The notes under the pieces were generated by a model that did not search any database, had not been told where the DNA came from, and worked only from the letters and a program-made list of their open reading frames with translations. Position numbers and translations under genes: made by a program. Shown piece by piece: positions 38,984-49,666 of a stretch of 64,000 bases of DNA. The stretch comes from Elainellaceae cyanobacterium (GTDB taxonomy: Bacteria > Cyanobacteriota > Cyanobacteriia > CAZCXK01): contig JBNPEG010000026.1 of the NCBI GenBank assembly GCA_051117555.1, forward strand, positions 1-64,000, in the 5' to 3' direction. The first letter of the stretch is position 1; the number at the start of each line of letters is the position of its first letter.

Positions 38984-39829
38984 TTACAGTAGCTTGTTGC
39001 AAATATCCCTGGCAATATTTCGTCCAGCGCGCCGATCACTGGGGGTTTTTGCAAACGTGAATGTATAGCGAGGATCGTCACGAAATACAATTTTATAGTG
39101 ATTGCTTTGGGCAACTATCTCAAATCCCATCGTCTCGAGCGCGCTTTTTATCTTGGGATTCATGCTTGTATAACTTCGAAACAGATTCTGGATCTGCGAT
39201 TTAAATTCATCTCGTTGTGTATGAACGCTATTATTACTAATAATGTCAGATATTACATGCTCTCTTCGGCTATTTTCAGGGATGTTTCTAAGAGACTCCT
39301 TAAGACTCTCAAGTAATTTTTCCTTTATTTCTTGGCGGTATAAGTCCTTTTCTGTTATGTTAAGTGCAATGGTCGAACCCGACTCTAGCTCTGGCTTAAC
39401 TGGTTTTATAATTTTATTTCTTAATTCAAATTTCAACTGGGTATTCTCGTCTCTTAACCTCCCTAGCTTAACCTCTAATTCTTTAGTTTTTTCCTCGATT
39501 GATTGTTCTATATTCTGATATAAATCATCTGCTTCCTGTCTAACCTTCTCTTTTTCTTTATACAGCTCCTGTAATCTAATCTCCGCAGGATTTTTCTGAT
39601 GACTCAGACTACGTATTTGCTCATTAAGCTCATTAAACTGTCCAAGCGATTCATCGTGCGCAACAATCAAATTACTATACTGTTGTTCAAGTTTTCGATT
39701 TTTTAGCTCCGTTTCTCTTAATTTCTGTTGCGCTATTTGGTATTGATTTTTTTGTTGCTGAAGCTGTTTAATCACTAAAGCAAGAGCAGTCGTCAATGCG
39801 ATTAATAGAAAGAGCAGTGGGTATGTCAT
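38984..39829 (-). CDS. Membrane-anchored coiled-coil hypothetical protein
   Basis: N-terminal TM, long coiled coil, C-terminal GF...NHYK...RY....KTPSD.RAG.N domain; AT-rich. Confidence 0.75.
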   Translation of the reverse strand: MTYPLLFLLIALTTALALVIKQLQQQKNQYQIAQQKLRETELKNRKLEQQYSNLIVAHDESLGQFNELNEQIRSLSHQKNPAEIRLQELYKEKEKVRQEADDLYQNIEQSIEEKTKELEVKLGRLRDENTQLKFELRNKIIKPVKPELESGSTIALNITEKDLYRQEIKEKLLESLKESLRNIPENSRREHVISDIISNNSVHTQRDEFKSQIQNLFRSYTSMNPKIKSALETMGFEIVAQSNHYKIVFRDDPRYTFTFAKTPSDRRAGRNIARDICNKLL

Positions 39830-40048
39830 GACTAGTGATCAAAACGTGCTGCCTTATGTGCGATGAGTTTGGTACAGCATGAGAACCGTACCGAATCGCT
39901 AGAGGATGATGAAATGTTGTATGTGGATAGGGTCTCCTTAAAATTCTCTACAGTATGGCTAACTCTCGCAGAAAATTCCACTAATTTTTTTTAAGCCTCT
40001 CTGATTAACCAATAATACCGACTCCCCTAAATTAGACTTACAAATCTC

Positions 40049-40077
40049 GTAGGGGCAGTTCGTAAACCACCCCTACG
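40049..40077. repeat. GTAG-type REP-like hairpin
   Basis: GTAGGGGCAGTTCGTAAACCACCCCTAC imperfect palindrome. Confidence 0.55.
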
Positions 40078-40205
40078 CGGCGCGTGGGCTCACTACGTTC
40101 AACGTCCTAACGCGAGAGCGTGGCTCTAAATTCAAAGAATGGGCATAAAATCCTCAGCTCGATGCTATCCTGATGATTTGCTCTTGCGAGATTGTGAACC
40201 CGTGC

Positions 40206-41318
40206 TTATCCGACTGCTTGTGCCTCCCTGTAGGTTGGGAAATCGGTATATCCCTCCGCATCGAACGAATACCACACTGACATATCCGCCAGAGGATTAA
40301 GCTCCCAACCGTGGGCAAACCGTTCGACTAAATCTGGGTTGCTAATGTAGGGGCGACCAAAGGCAACCAAGTCAGCAGATTCTTCTTGAAGAACCACTTC
40401 AGCATCTGCTTGCGTATAGCCACAGTTGCCCATCAACGCTCCAGAAAATACATCCCGAAACTCAGCCAGGGTCATGGGTTCTCCCAACTCATGAAAGCCA
40501 AATGCTAAACCATCCATGACGTGGAGATAAGCTAAACCATACGCACTCAACTGGGTGGCGACATAAAGAAATGTTTCTCGAAAGTCGGAAGACCCCATAT
40601 CGTTGAACACTCCGTTGGGGGAGAGGCGCACGCCAACGCGCTTAGCATCCCAAACTGTCAGTACTGCTTCAGTTACTTCTTTGAGAAACTGATAGCGATT
40701 TTCGATACTGCCACCATAGCGATCGCCCCGATGGTTTGTCTTAGACTGAAGAAATTCGTCAATCAAATAGCCATTTGCGCCATGAATCTCGACCCCATCA
40801 AAGCCAGCTAGTTTAGCTCGTTGAGCCGCGTTGTGATAGTCATCAACGATGCCGGGAATCTCATCGGTTTCGAGGGCGCGGGGTGTTTCATAGGATTGCT
40901 TACCAATAGGGGTGTGGATATCGCCATTAATCTGAATAGCCGACGGTGCTACAGGTAACTGTCCGTTATGGAAGCTGGAATGGGATGCCCGCCCTGTATG
41001 CCAAAGCTGAAGAAAGATATGTCCTCCTTTAGCATGAACAGCATCAACCACCTGTTTCCAAGCTTTGGCTTGTTCATCGGTATAAATGCCCGGAGAGTTC
41101 AACCAGCCAATTCCCTGCGTTGAAATAACAGTTGCTTCAGTAATGATCAGACCTGCTGATGCTCGTTGAGCATAGTATTCAGTCATTAATGGGTTGGGAA
41201 TGCGTGCTTCACCGGCTCGCGATCGCGTCAGAGGAGCCATCACTACTCGGTTTCTTAACGACAGATCACCCAACGTAAATGGGCTCATTAACATCGATGA
41301 GACAGTCTGTGATGTCAT
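40206..41318 (-). CDS. Old yellow enzyme / alkene reductase (NemA-like)
   Basis: NRVVMAPLTRSRA, QLWHTGR, GFDGVEIHGANGYL, FGRPYISNPDL; start at MTSQ (track extension runs into a repeat). Confidence 0.93.
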   Translation of the reverse strand: MTSQTVSSMLMSPFTLGDLSLRNRVVMAPLTRSRAGEARIPNPLMTEYYAQRASAGLIITEATVISTQGIGWLNSPGIYTDEQAKAWKQVVDAVHAKGGHIFLQLWHTGRASHSSFHNGQLPVAPSAIQINGDIHTPIGKQSYETPRALETDEIPGIVDDYHNAAQRAKLAGFDGVEIHGANGYLIDEFLQSKTNHRGDRYGGSIENRYQFLKEVTEAVLTVWDAKRVGVRLSPNGVFNDMGSSDFRETFLYVATQLSAYGLAYLHVMDGLAFGFHELGEPMTLAEFRDVFSGALMGNCGYTQADAEVVLQEESADLVAFGRPYISNPDLVERFAHGWELNPLADMSVWYSFDAEGYTDFPTYREAQAVG

Positions 41319-41353
41319 TCTGGTATTATCTCCACGAGTTGGATTTTTGTATC

Positions 41354-41447
41354 TATAGCGGTATGCGCTTGGGTTAAGTACAGTGGGTGTGGGGGCCGCA
41401 CCCCACACCCACCGTCTCTGTACTTGACGCAATTGCACATTGCTATA
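41354..41447. mobile_element. MITE-like element with TATAGC...GCTATA ends
   Basis: Inverted ends and internal GTGGGTGTGGGG...CCCCACACCCAC hairpin. Confidence 0.6.
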
Positions 41448-41492
41448 AATCGTAGAGTATGGTCGTTAAAAACTCCTGAGAAGCAGCGTGTC

Positions 41493-42230
41493 CTATGAGT
41501 TCTCCTGCTCGGCATCTTTGACTAATTTGTCGATAAAGTTAGGAACGAATCCTTCTGCAAAGCCAGCGATAAATCCCCATAAGATTGCTTTAGCAGCGTC
41601 TCCGTTCGTCGCCGGAATGGTTTGGTCTGCAAACTCATAGGGGGTGGTATATTCACTGTCTGCACTTTGAAATCTGGGAAAGATTTCGCCTTGAATGATT
41701 CCAGATGCAAAGACTCCATAGAGCACAAAGGCAAACAAGCCACCAAAGACTGGAGATAAAAATATCTGTAATCGAAGCAGAAGAATGGTTGCTTCATCCT
41801 TCATCGCTAACGATTTGGGGTCTGACGGCTCAGATAATATGCCTTTAGCATCGCTGGGGTCTTCTGGAGTAGAAGGTCGTTCAGAATTTAGCGGCTGACT
41901 CTCAGGTGGCTGATTCTCAGGTGACTGATTCTCAGGTGACTGATTCTCAGGTGGCTGATTCTCAGGTGGCTGATTCTCTTGCAGTTGAGTAGGCGGTTGA
42001 ATACTGTGTCTTGACTTTCCCAGTTGCTGTACATAAGCTTCTTGCAACCGGCGATAGTTGCTTGCGGCTCCTCCTACTGTTCCCGACACAAAAATAACAA
42101 GGGTAAACGATTCGAAGGTTCTGACATTGAGCACCAGGTATCCTGTCATCAGGTTCAGCAGGACAATCACAGACGTGACCCATGCGTTGAGGATTGCTAA
42201 CCGTTCGATATTGTGTTTGGTATTATTCAT
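41493..42230 (-). CDS. Hypothetical membrane protein with internal ENQ(P/S)P repeats
   Basis: Four hydrophobic segments; 15-bp tandem repeats at 41893-41978; start at MNNTK overlaps the upstream stop. Confidence 0.7.
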   Translation of the reverse strand: MNNTKHNIERLAILNAWVTSVIVLLNLMTGYLVLNVRTFESFTLVIFVSGTVGGAASNYRRLQEAYVQQLGKSRHSIQPPTQLQENQPPENQPPENQSPENQSPENQPPESQPLNSERPSTPEDPSDAKGILSEPSDPKSLAMKDEATILLLRLQIFLSPVFGGLFAFVLYGVFASGIIQGEIFPRFQSADSEYTTPYEFADQTIPATNGDAAKAILWGFIAGFAEGFVPNFIDKLVKDAEQENS

Positions 42231-42675
42231 GTCGAGCCTCTGTTTCAGGAATGGGCACCCAGCCAGTCTCAGTTTTTTGAAACAACGGAATATGTCCAAT
42301 CTGGTGTACATGTTGCGCCCAGTCAAATTCAACGGCTTGTAATCGAGCTTTCCAAGCATGCCCTTCTGTCAAGACCACGACAAGCGCAACGACCTCTGCA
42401 CCTACCTTTCGTAAGAGCTGAATGGCGGCGGCGGCAGTGTCTCCTGTACTGATCACATCATCAATCAGGATGGTTCGTTGACCCGCAACCCGCTCAACCA
42501 ATCCGGGGTCAATATAGAGCAACTTCTTTGTTCCTGGGCTAGTGACGGATTCAACGGGAACCGCAAGCTCATCATCGTACCAAAACTTGCGCGAGTTTCC
42601 TAGCGCTACATAGCGAGGCAAACCGATTGCCTTAGCCACTGCTCTCGCATAATCTAAGCCCAAGGTTGGAATCCC
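42223..42675 (-). pseudogene. 5'-truncated type I phosphoribosyltransferase (APRT-like)
   Basis: PRPP loop LIDDVISTG; homology begins abruptly at GIPTLGL directly at the stop codon of the upstream gene; no SD or ATG. Confidence 0.65.
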
Positions 42676-43385
42676 TATAGGTTGGGTGATCCCATTCGAG
42701 AGGCAGAATCTTCAAAATCGATCGCCGCTTGATTGGTCGCCGCCACGTTAAAGAACTCTGCGGCAATCTTGGGGGAAAAGGTAAACGTATTCAGCCCTTG
42801 TGAGGCGAGATAGGCGATATCATCAACGCTGCGGATACTCGCCACGAGAATACGAGTGGTGCTGTTTACCCCCGCGATCGCCCAGTGCATGGCCGTTAAT
42901 TCGTCACGTCCTTCTTGTCCCAGGTCATTGATTCGCCCGAGGTAGGGGGCTGCATAATCGGCCTTCAATGCGGCTGCAATGAGTATTTGATGAACGGCAT
43001 ACACGCCAGTGAGCGTCACGCGAATTCCTTCCTGTCTCAACCGTGTGGCGGCTTCCGCGCCCATCGACGTGACTGGAATTTTGACCACAACGCGCGGGTC
43101 AATGGCGGCTAAGATTTTGCCTGTGGTGACCAAAGCTTCGACCGTTGTGCCCCAGGTCTGCATGTGAATTTCCTGAACACCCAACTCAAGTGCTTGCGTT
43201 GCCAGACCCTTTAAAGATTCGACGGTGCAGGGGATTTGGGCTCGCTCTAGCAGCAGTGGATTGGTTGTCACGCCGTAGAAAATGCCAATCGGTAGCCACG
43301 TTTGCCATTGCACTGCATCAGCCGTATCCAGAAACAATCGAATCTGGGGAGAGACAGAGGTCGGTGCGGATGTAGAAATTGACAT
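42675..43385 (-). CDS. Short transaldolase / fructose-6-phosphate aldolase family protein
   Basis: LFLDTAD, GVTTNP, VVKIP, YAAPYLGRI, ILVASIR. Confidence 0.9.
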   Translation of the reverse strand: MSISTSAPTSVSPQIRLFLDTADAVQWQTWLPIGIFYGVTTNPLLLERAQIPCTVESLKGLATQALELGVQEIHMQTWGTTVEALVTTGKILAAIDPRVVVKIPVTSMGAEAATRLRQEGIRVTLTGVYAVHQILIAAALKADYAAPYLGRINDLGQEGRDELTAMHWAIAGVNSTTRILVASIRSVDDIAYLASQGLNTFTFSPKIAAEFFNVAATNQAAIDFEDSASRMGSPNL

Positions 43386-43495
43386 GGGCGATCGCTCGTG
43401 GCATTAAACTCAACATCCCACCCATTGTGCCCTAGAAACCGGACGAAGCGGTCATCTGATCCATCGGCGTCAGCCTAGCGTGCCAGCAATGGCTG

Positions 43496-45298
43496 CTATA
43501 GCTTTAACACCGCCATAAACGCCTCTTGAGGAACATCGACCGTTCCTAATGACTTCATGCGCTTTTTACCCTTTGCCTGCTTTTGCAGCAGTTTCTTCTT
43601 CCGGCTGATATCACCGCCGTAGCATTTTGCCAAAACGTCTTTTCTCAACGCCGGGATGCTCTCACTGGCAATCACTCGGCTGCCGATGGATGCTTGGAGA
43701 GGAATTTTAAACTGATGGCGCGGAATCAGCTCTTTGAGCTTTTCAACCAGCGCTTTGCCGACGTAATACGCCTTGTCGCGGTGAACGATATTGGCGAGAG
43801 GGTCGACCACTTCGCCATTGATGAGAATGTCAAGCTTGACCAGCGGGTTCTCTTGATAGTCAGTTAGGTGATATTCCATGCTGGCATATCCGCGCGATCG
43901 CGACTTCATCTGATCAAAAAAGTCAGTTACCACTTCTGCCAGCGGCAGTTCATAGGTCAGAGTCGTTCGTCCCTGCGTGAGATAGCGCATATCTTTGAAG
44001 ACTCCCCGGCGACTCTGGCTGAGCTCCATGAGAGGCCCCACAAACTCTTCCGGGGTAATCATCTCAATTTGAACGTAAGGCTCTTCGATCTTTTCGCGGT
44101 GTTGGGGATCGGGTAACAAACACGGATTGTCAATACTGATAATATCCCCCTCGGCGGTCGTGACTCGATAAATCACTGAGGGAGCCGTAGTGATCAGGTC
44201 AAGATTGTATTCGCGCTCGAGTCGCTCTTGCACAATTTCCATATGCAGCAAGCCTAGAAAGCCACACCGGAAACCAAACCCCATCGCGCTCGATGTTTCA
44301 GGCTCATACTGCAAGGCCGCATCGTTGAGCCGGAGCCGCTCTAAGGCTTCCCGCAAATCTTCAAACTGGTCGGCATCAGTTGGAAATAGCCCACAAAAGA
44401 CCATTGGCTTCGCCTCTGTATAGCCAGGAAGCGGTTCAGGGGCAGGTGATTTTGCCAGAGTGATCGTATCGCCAACTCGCGCATCCTCAACTGCTTTGAT
44501 AGCGGCGGCAAAATATCCAACTTCGCCGGCGTGAAGATCATCCACCTGGATTTGAGTGGGCGATAGGATACCTAGCTCATCAATTTCATATTCCTTGCCG
44601 GATGCCATCAGTCGCACGCGATCGCCCTTACGAACGGTGCCATCCATCACCCGAAAATAGACGATAACGCCTCGATAGCTGTCGTAATAACTGTCGAAAA
44701 TCAGGGCTCGAAGCGGCTTGTCAAGCGTTTCTTGAGGGGGAGGCACCAGATAAACGATTGATTCGAGAATCTCAGTAATGCCGATGCCTTCTTTAGCCGA
44801 CGCCAAAATAGCGGCACTGCAATCTAAGCCGATGACCTCTTCAATCTCGGCTTTAATTCGGTCAGGCTCTGCGCCGGGGAGATCGATCTTGTTGAGGACG
44901 GGAACAATCTCTAGATCGTGTTCGAGCGCTAGGTAAACGTTCGCCAACGTCTGCGCCTCAACCCCTTGAGAGGCATCCACCACCAGCAATGCTCCTTCAC
45001 AGGCTGCGAGCGATCGCGACACTTCGTACGAAAAATCAACGTGCCCGGGCGTATCGATTAAGTTCAGCACATAAACATTGCCGTCGCGAGCGATATAGCT
45101 CATTCGAGCTGCCTGAAGCTTGATGGTGATGCCTCGCTCTCGCTCTAAGTCCATAGAGTCGAGGAACTGCTGCTTCATATCGCGATCGCTGACCGTCCCC
45201 GTTGACGTTAACAAACGATCGGCCAAGGTCGATTTGCCGTGGTCAATATGAGCAATAATTGAAAAGTTGCGGATGCGAGAGACAGGTACGTCAGTCAT
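43496..45298 (-). CDS. lepA: Elongation factor 4 (LepA)
   Basis: [42 protein letters not shown]. Confidence 0.99.
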   Translation of the reverse strand: MTDVPVSRIRNFSIIAHIDHGKSTLADRLLTSTGTVSDRDMKQQFLDSMDLERERGITIKLQAARMSYIARDGNVYVLNLIDTPGHVDFSYEVSRSLAACEGALLVVDASQGVEAQTLANVYLALEHDLEIVPVLNKIDLPGAEPDRIKAEIEEVIGLDCSAAILASAKEGIGITEILESIVYLVPPPQETLDKPLRALIFDSYYDSYRGVIVYFRVMDGTVRKGDRVRLMASGKEYEIDELGILSPTQIQVDDLHAGEVGYFAAAIKAVEDARVGDTITLAKSPAPEPLPGYTEAKPMVFCGLFPTDADQFEDLREALERLRLNDAALQYEPETSSAMGFGFRCGFLGLLHMEIVQERLEREYNLDLITTAPSVIYRVTTAEGDIISIDNPCLLPDPQHREKIEEPYVQIEMITPEEFVGPLMELSQSRRGVFKDMRYLTQGRTTLTYELPLAEVVTDFFDQMKSRSRGYASMEYHLTDYQENPLVKLDILINGEVVDPLANIVHRDKAYYVGKALVEKLKELIPRHQFKIPLQASIGSRVIASESIPALRKDVLAKCYGGDISRKKKLLQKQAKGKKRMKSLGTVDVPQEAFMAVLKL

Positions 45299-45525
45299 AG
45301 ACCTCGAAGAATCAGACTTGCAGTCGGCATGAGCAGCCTACAGAACGGGAGTTAGCTTAAGATATTGTAATGCCTTCTTGGAAATCAAGCATGGACTCAT
45401 ACTTGAGTTGACTAATTTCATCGAACTTGGACGTAATGTTTCCCGCTGTCTTACCATAAACTCAAGCAGGTTAACGCCGTAACCTAGCATGAAACTCATC
45501 TTATTCAAGTGATTTTCTTATTCCT

Positions 45526-45756
45526 ATGGATAATCCTACTGTCAACTCGGATGTATCGTCAGACAAGATTGAAATTTCGGTACGCCTAGATGCCGAACTG
45601 CTAGATCAAATCGGTCATTTGACTCAAGATCCGAGTAAGGTGATCGAAGTTGCCGTGCGTCAATGGCTGCGGGGTGGTGTACGCCGAGATGATGATTTAA
45701 CTCGCACTCTCGACCAAAATCCTCCTGTCCCGCCTCGCGGCGAATGGAATGATTAA
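45526..45756 (+). CDS. Small conserved cyanobacterial protein, ribbon-helix-helix-like
   Basis: ISVRLDAELL..I..L...PSKVIE.AVRQWL pattern; PPRGEWND C-terminus. Confidence 0.7.
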   Translation: MDNPTVNSDVSSDKIEISVRLDAELLDQIGHLTQDPSKVIEVAVRQWLRGGVRRDDDLTRTLDQNPPVPPRGEWND

Positions 45757-45955
45757 TCAAGATTTTCGCGGTTTTGCCATTGTTGAACAGATATGGATAG
45801 GCTAAGTTAGAGCGGGAACTCTAGCCATTGACATCGGCGATATGCATCAAGCATTGTCTCGCATCTATCGGGACTGCATCTACATTGATTAGGATAAGCA
45901 TTGATTTAGGATAAGCAGATGTTAATCGCTGACCGTATTCGTTGTTTCCGGTTCA

Positions 45956-47776
45956 ATGTTGATGAACTCGTTTAGCCACTCGTCACCCACCTTTAGTGAA
46001 CCTGTTAGGTCAGTCATAACTGATAATTCCCAGGAAGCATTGTCTACTTCCGAAACCGATCTTTTTTATATTCAGGATCGATCGGGGCAATATTTGTCAT
46101 TTCAGTGGCAAGGTGCTCTCCAGTTAGGGCTAGATCCGAGGGAATTAATTGGTCAGTCTTTTGAAAATAGTTTTAGACCCGTCTCTATTAGCCTCTACAA
46201 AAAGCGGGTCGAAGAGGTTTTGGGTGGGGTTATCCCAGAGCAGTTCACCTATGCGTTTCAATATGGCGATCGCTTCCTACTTTTTGATATCGTCATTAGC
46301 CCCTTAATTGTGCCGTATGGCAGGGCTGATCGCGTCGTTGTGACAGGGCGTTTTCTAAGATCGTGCTCCAAGACAGAAGCCCTCCAGACCGTTGATTGTC
46401 TTCCAAACTTGGTATCTGCTCTCAACCCCAGCCAGTATCAAAAGCTGTTAACTCAAGTTGCGTGGAATATTCGCCGCACGTTAGACCTCGAAACGATTTG
46501 GCAGCAAACTGTTGACGGGTTGGGTAAGGCATTGCAAGCGTGTCACTGCTTCATCGGGGCGTATAAACCCGATCAATCTAACATTCAAGTTGTCGCAGAA
46601 TATCAAGACTCCTCATCTCTAATTCATTTGGGGCAAACATTTAGCCTCGATGATCATCTGCCTCTTCGTCAAGCGATTCAAACGCTCAAGCCTGTCGTGT
46701 TCGACTCCGGCGAACTAGGCGAATCTCAGCCAAAGCGATATTCCACTTTAGCAGTGGCGACCTCGCATCAAGATCAGCCCAATGGGCTTATTGTGCTGTA
46801 TCAGTTTGATCGATCCAGAATCTGGAGCACCACCGACCTAGAAATCATTCAGGAACTTGCCGATCAGGTTGGCACAGGTATTGCTCACGCCACGCTGTTT
46901 TCAGAAAGCCGTGACCTTGCAAGTGAATTGCAGCGGGCAAATGAACGGTTGATTCACAAACATGATGAGCTGGAAGAAGCGCACCAAGCAGCGGAAGAAG
47001 CCTCTCGACTGAAAAGTGAATTTCTTGCCAATACCTCTCACGAGTTGCGGACTCCTCTGAATGCCATGCTTGGCTTCCTCAAGCTTATTATGGACGGCAT
47101 GGCAGATGATCCAGAAGAACAGGGTGAATTTATCAAAGAGGCGTATCGGTCTGCCGTTCATCTCCTCAGCATCATCAATGACATCTTAGATATCGCCAGG
47201 ATCGAAGCGGGCAAGATGCAGCTTGATATGAATCCCGTCAAGCTCGATGATTTGCTAAACGATGTTGAAAATTTTACCCGCACGCAAGCCGAACAAAAAC
47301 ACCTCAGTTACGAAATTCGCACGCCTGCAACGCTAGACCAAATCATCCTACATGGCAATTATCAACGAATATTGCAGGTCATGCTTAACCTAGTGGGGAA
47401 CGCAATTAAATTTACCCATCAAGGTGGAATCACGATTACGGCTGAGGTGATTCAGAAAGAAGCGCTTACTGCATCGGATGAAGAGGATGCACCTGATACA
47501 CCCAACAATATGGTGAAAATCAGCGTCGCAGATACGGGGATTGGCGTTTCGCTAGAAGACCAAGATAAGCTATTTCAATCATTTAGCCAGGTTGATAGTT
47601 CCCGGACACGCCAGTTTGGTGGATCAGGATTGGGGCTGGTGATTTCTCAAAAACTGGTTGAAGCGATGGGCGGTATTGTCAATTTCTACAGTTTGGGCGA
47701 AGGCTTGGGATCAACCGTTACGTTTACCGTTGCGCTTTACCAAGACCCTGTCATGATTGAGACGCAACCTGATTAG
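45956..47776 (+). CDS. Sensor histidine kinase (PAS-like, GAF, HisKA, HATPase)
   Basis: SHELRTPL, NLVGNAIKFT, DTGIG, GGSGLGL. Confidence 0.95.
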   Translation: MLMNSFSHSSPTFSEPVRSVITDNSQEALSTSETDLFYIQDRSGQYLSFQWQGALQLGLDPRELIGQSFENSFRPVSISLYKKRVEEVLGGVIPEQFTYAFQYGDRFLLFDIVISPLIVPYGRADRVVVTGRFLRSCSKTEALQTVDCLPNLVSALNPSQYQKLLTQVAWNIRRTLDLETIWQQTVDGLGKALQACHCFIGAYKPDQSNIQVVAEYQDSSSLIHLGQTFSLDDHLPLRQAIQTLKPVVFDSGELGESQPKRYSTLAVATSHQDQPNGLIVLYQFDRSRIWSTTDLEIIQELADQVGTGIAHATLFSESRDLASELQRANERLIHKHDELEEAHQAAEEASRLKSEFLANTSHELRTPLNAMLGFLKLIMDGMADDPEEQGEFIKEAYRSAVHLLSIINDILDIARIEAGKMQLDMNPVKLDDLLNDVENFTRTQAEQKHLSYEIRTPATLDQIILHGNYQRILQVMLNLVGNAIKFTHQGGITITAEVIQKEALTASDEEDAPDTPNNMVKISVADTGIGVSLEDQDKLFQSFSQVDSSRTRQFGGSGLGLVISQKLVEAMGGIVNFYSLGEGLGSTVTFTVALYQDPVMIETQPD

Positions 47777-48644
47777 CATTACCAATTCACGTGTTTTGAG
47801 AAAAACAACATAGGCTGCTCATGGTCAGGCCCATGCTTCGATGGGATTTTGAGCAGCCATTGAATAAGTACAGAAATGGTGATGGGGGGCGCGAGTGCTC
47901 TGCACCATTATGTTATGCCGATTTTCTTACAAAAAATTGCTAATAAATTCTGACGTTAATCGTTTGTTTATAGACGTTAATCGTTTGTTTATAATAGAAA
48001 ATAGGAGGGGGATCAGCGTGGGATGACCCTTTCAACCCAATCGATCAACCCAATTAATCAAATCTGACATAAAGAATGTTTACGTTTTTCTGAATACGGC
48101 TTTGACATCAGAACTCTTGACATCAGAACTTGAGTTTTACATTTTTTTTCACACATCCATTAATAATTTCGCGAGACAGGATAATACTATGAAAATTTTA
48201 CTATTTCTCGCCTTCGATTTTTTCTTCTCGTGGATGTTCATATCATTAATTTTCCATTTCATCAATTGGATGCTGGATATGGATAAGGGAAGAGAGCCTA
48301 AATATCCAGGATTTTAATCTGAATTATTTACGGGTCAATCTATAGCAATTTTCAATTGACCTTTGTGGCTTTGCCAGATGTGGGGACTATCCGCCGAGCG
48401 AGTCAGGCGCGGATGCACAAACCGCTCTGTGAGGCGAGTGACCTGTTTCAGGTTGCGGAGAATCTGTCGCGCCAGGGTTGAAGGAAACTGGAATTGGGCG
48501 ACTCGTTGAGGTAGCCAGGGCGATCGCACTTACACGAAAATCTAAACGCTCTCTTGAAATCGGTGCGTTACGCTTCGCCAACAGCATCCGCTGCGCTAAC
48601 AGCACCCTACCTAATGCACTATTTTAGCTGTGCCACGCCCCTAC

Positions 48645-49409
48645 TCAACTAAAAAGCAGAGATACTACGTAGGCGATCGCATCAGAGATGGACGTGTTTG
48701 CCCAGTGTTCATTGAGAAAAAAGCCCGTGGCTGCACTTCCTAGCGGAACGGTGAGGTTATCAATCCCGAATTTAGAAAATGCTTCTAGCCCGGTTGAAAC
48801 TAGTGCGATCGCCACGGGAACCAGCCAGGTTTGCCAGATATTTCCTTGAATCCCCAGCAAAATCACGCTGCTAATTACATAGCTGACTCCTGCCATCGTC
48901 AGCGACCCTTCCCAGCTTTTCTGAATTCCCCACAGTTTATAGGCGTGCTTGCCCCATCGCTGCCCAATCAGAGCGGCAAAACCATCGCCCCACGTCATCA
49001 CCAAGATTCCGAGAGCGGCATAGTGATATTTCTCTAGTCTCCAAAACCATGCCACCAAGATGCCAATGCTCAGGGCATAGAAAAAAGTCCCCAAACTTTT
49101 GCGTCCTACACTGTTGATACCAGGAAGAATCGGATAGCGATAGGAGAGCAGCGCAATTCCGCTACAGATAACCGACGCAGCAATGCTAAACCAGCTTGGA
49201 ATGTGAAGAAACCAGGCGAGAAGAATGACATTGCCAACCCCGATGTGGACAACTTTACGCGTGGTTTCTGCTCCGCCGAGCTTCGTTTTATTGAGAATTT
49301 CAGCAATCAGAACGATTGCCCCTAGCCACACCACAACAGCACCGAATTGAATCCAAAATTCGGTGGATGTGAGCAGCGAATCAATAAATGACCAAACCGA
49401 GTAAACCAA
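48645..49409 (-). CDS. Phytol/polyprenol kinase family (CTP-dependent)
   Basis: RKVVHIG, GDGFAALIG, KSWEGS, DNLTVP. Confidence 0.9.
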   Translation of the reverse strand: MVYSVWSFIDSLLTSTEFWIQFGAVVVWLGAIVLIAEILNKTKLGGAETTRKVVHIGVGNVILLAWFLHIPSWFSIAASVICSGIALLSYRYPILPGINSVGRKSLGTFFYALSIGILVAWFWRLEKYHYAALGILVMTWGDGFAALIGQRWGKHAYKLWGIQKSWEGSLTMAGVSYVISSVILLGIQGNIWQTWLVPVAIALVSTGLEAFSKFGIDNLTVPLGSAATGFFLNEHWANTSISDAIAYVVSLLFS

Positions 49410-49666
49410 GATGTATGAGTAACCGTCGGCTGTTCGTTTTCACGTCACTGTAGTCAATATTAAGTCTCTATCAACCCGTTTTAGAGATTGATCTGGCTGT
49501 GTAAACTCAAAATGAAGATTTTGTAAAGCTGAGCCTATCTGATAAATTCCTTAGATTTCACATACAAGATCTCTTTGGCTCTTTCGGGAGTCAAGCTGGC
49601 ACCGTTTGGGGGGATATCTCGGTGCCGGCTTCTAGTCTTTCGGTGGGGACGAGTCCTTAACCAGCG

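Noticed and set aside
41319..41438. N-terminal extension of the OYE ORF in the track
   Set aside because: Runs through a MITE-like repeat; family similarity starts after ATG 41318
48189..48317. 42-aa hydrophobic ORF (MKILLFLAF...)
   Set aside because: Could be a real small membrane protein, but T-rich DNA gives such ORFs by chance and there is no other support
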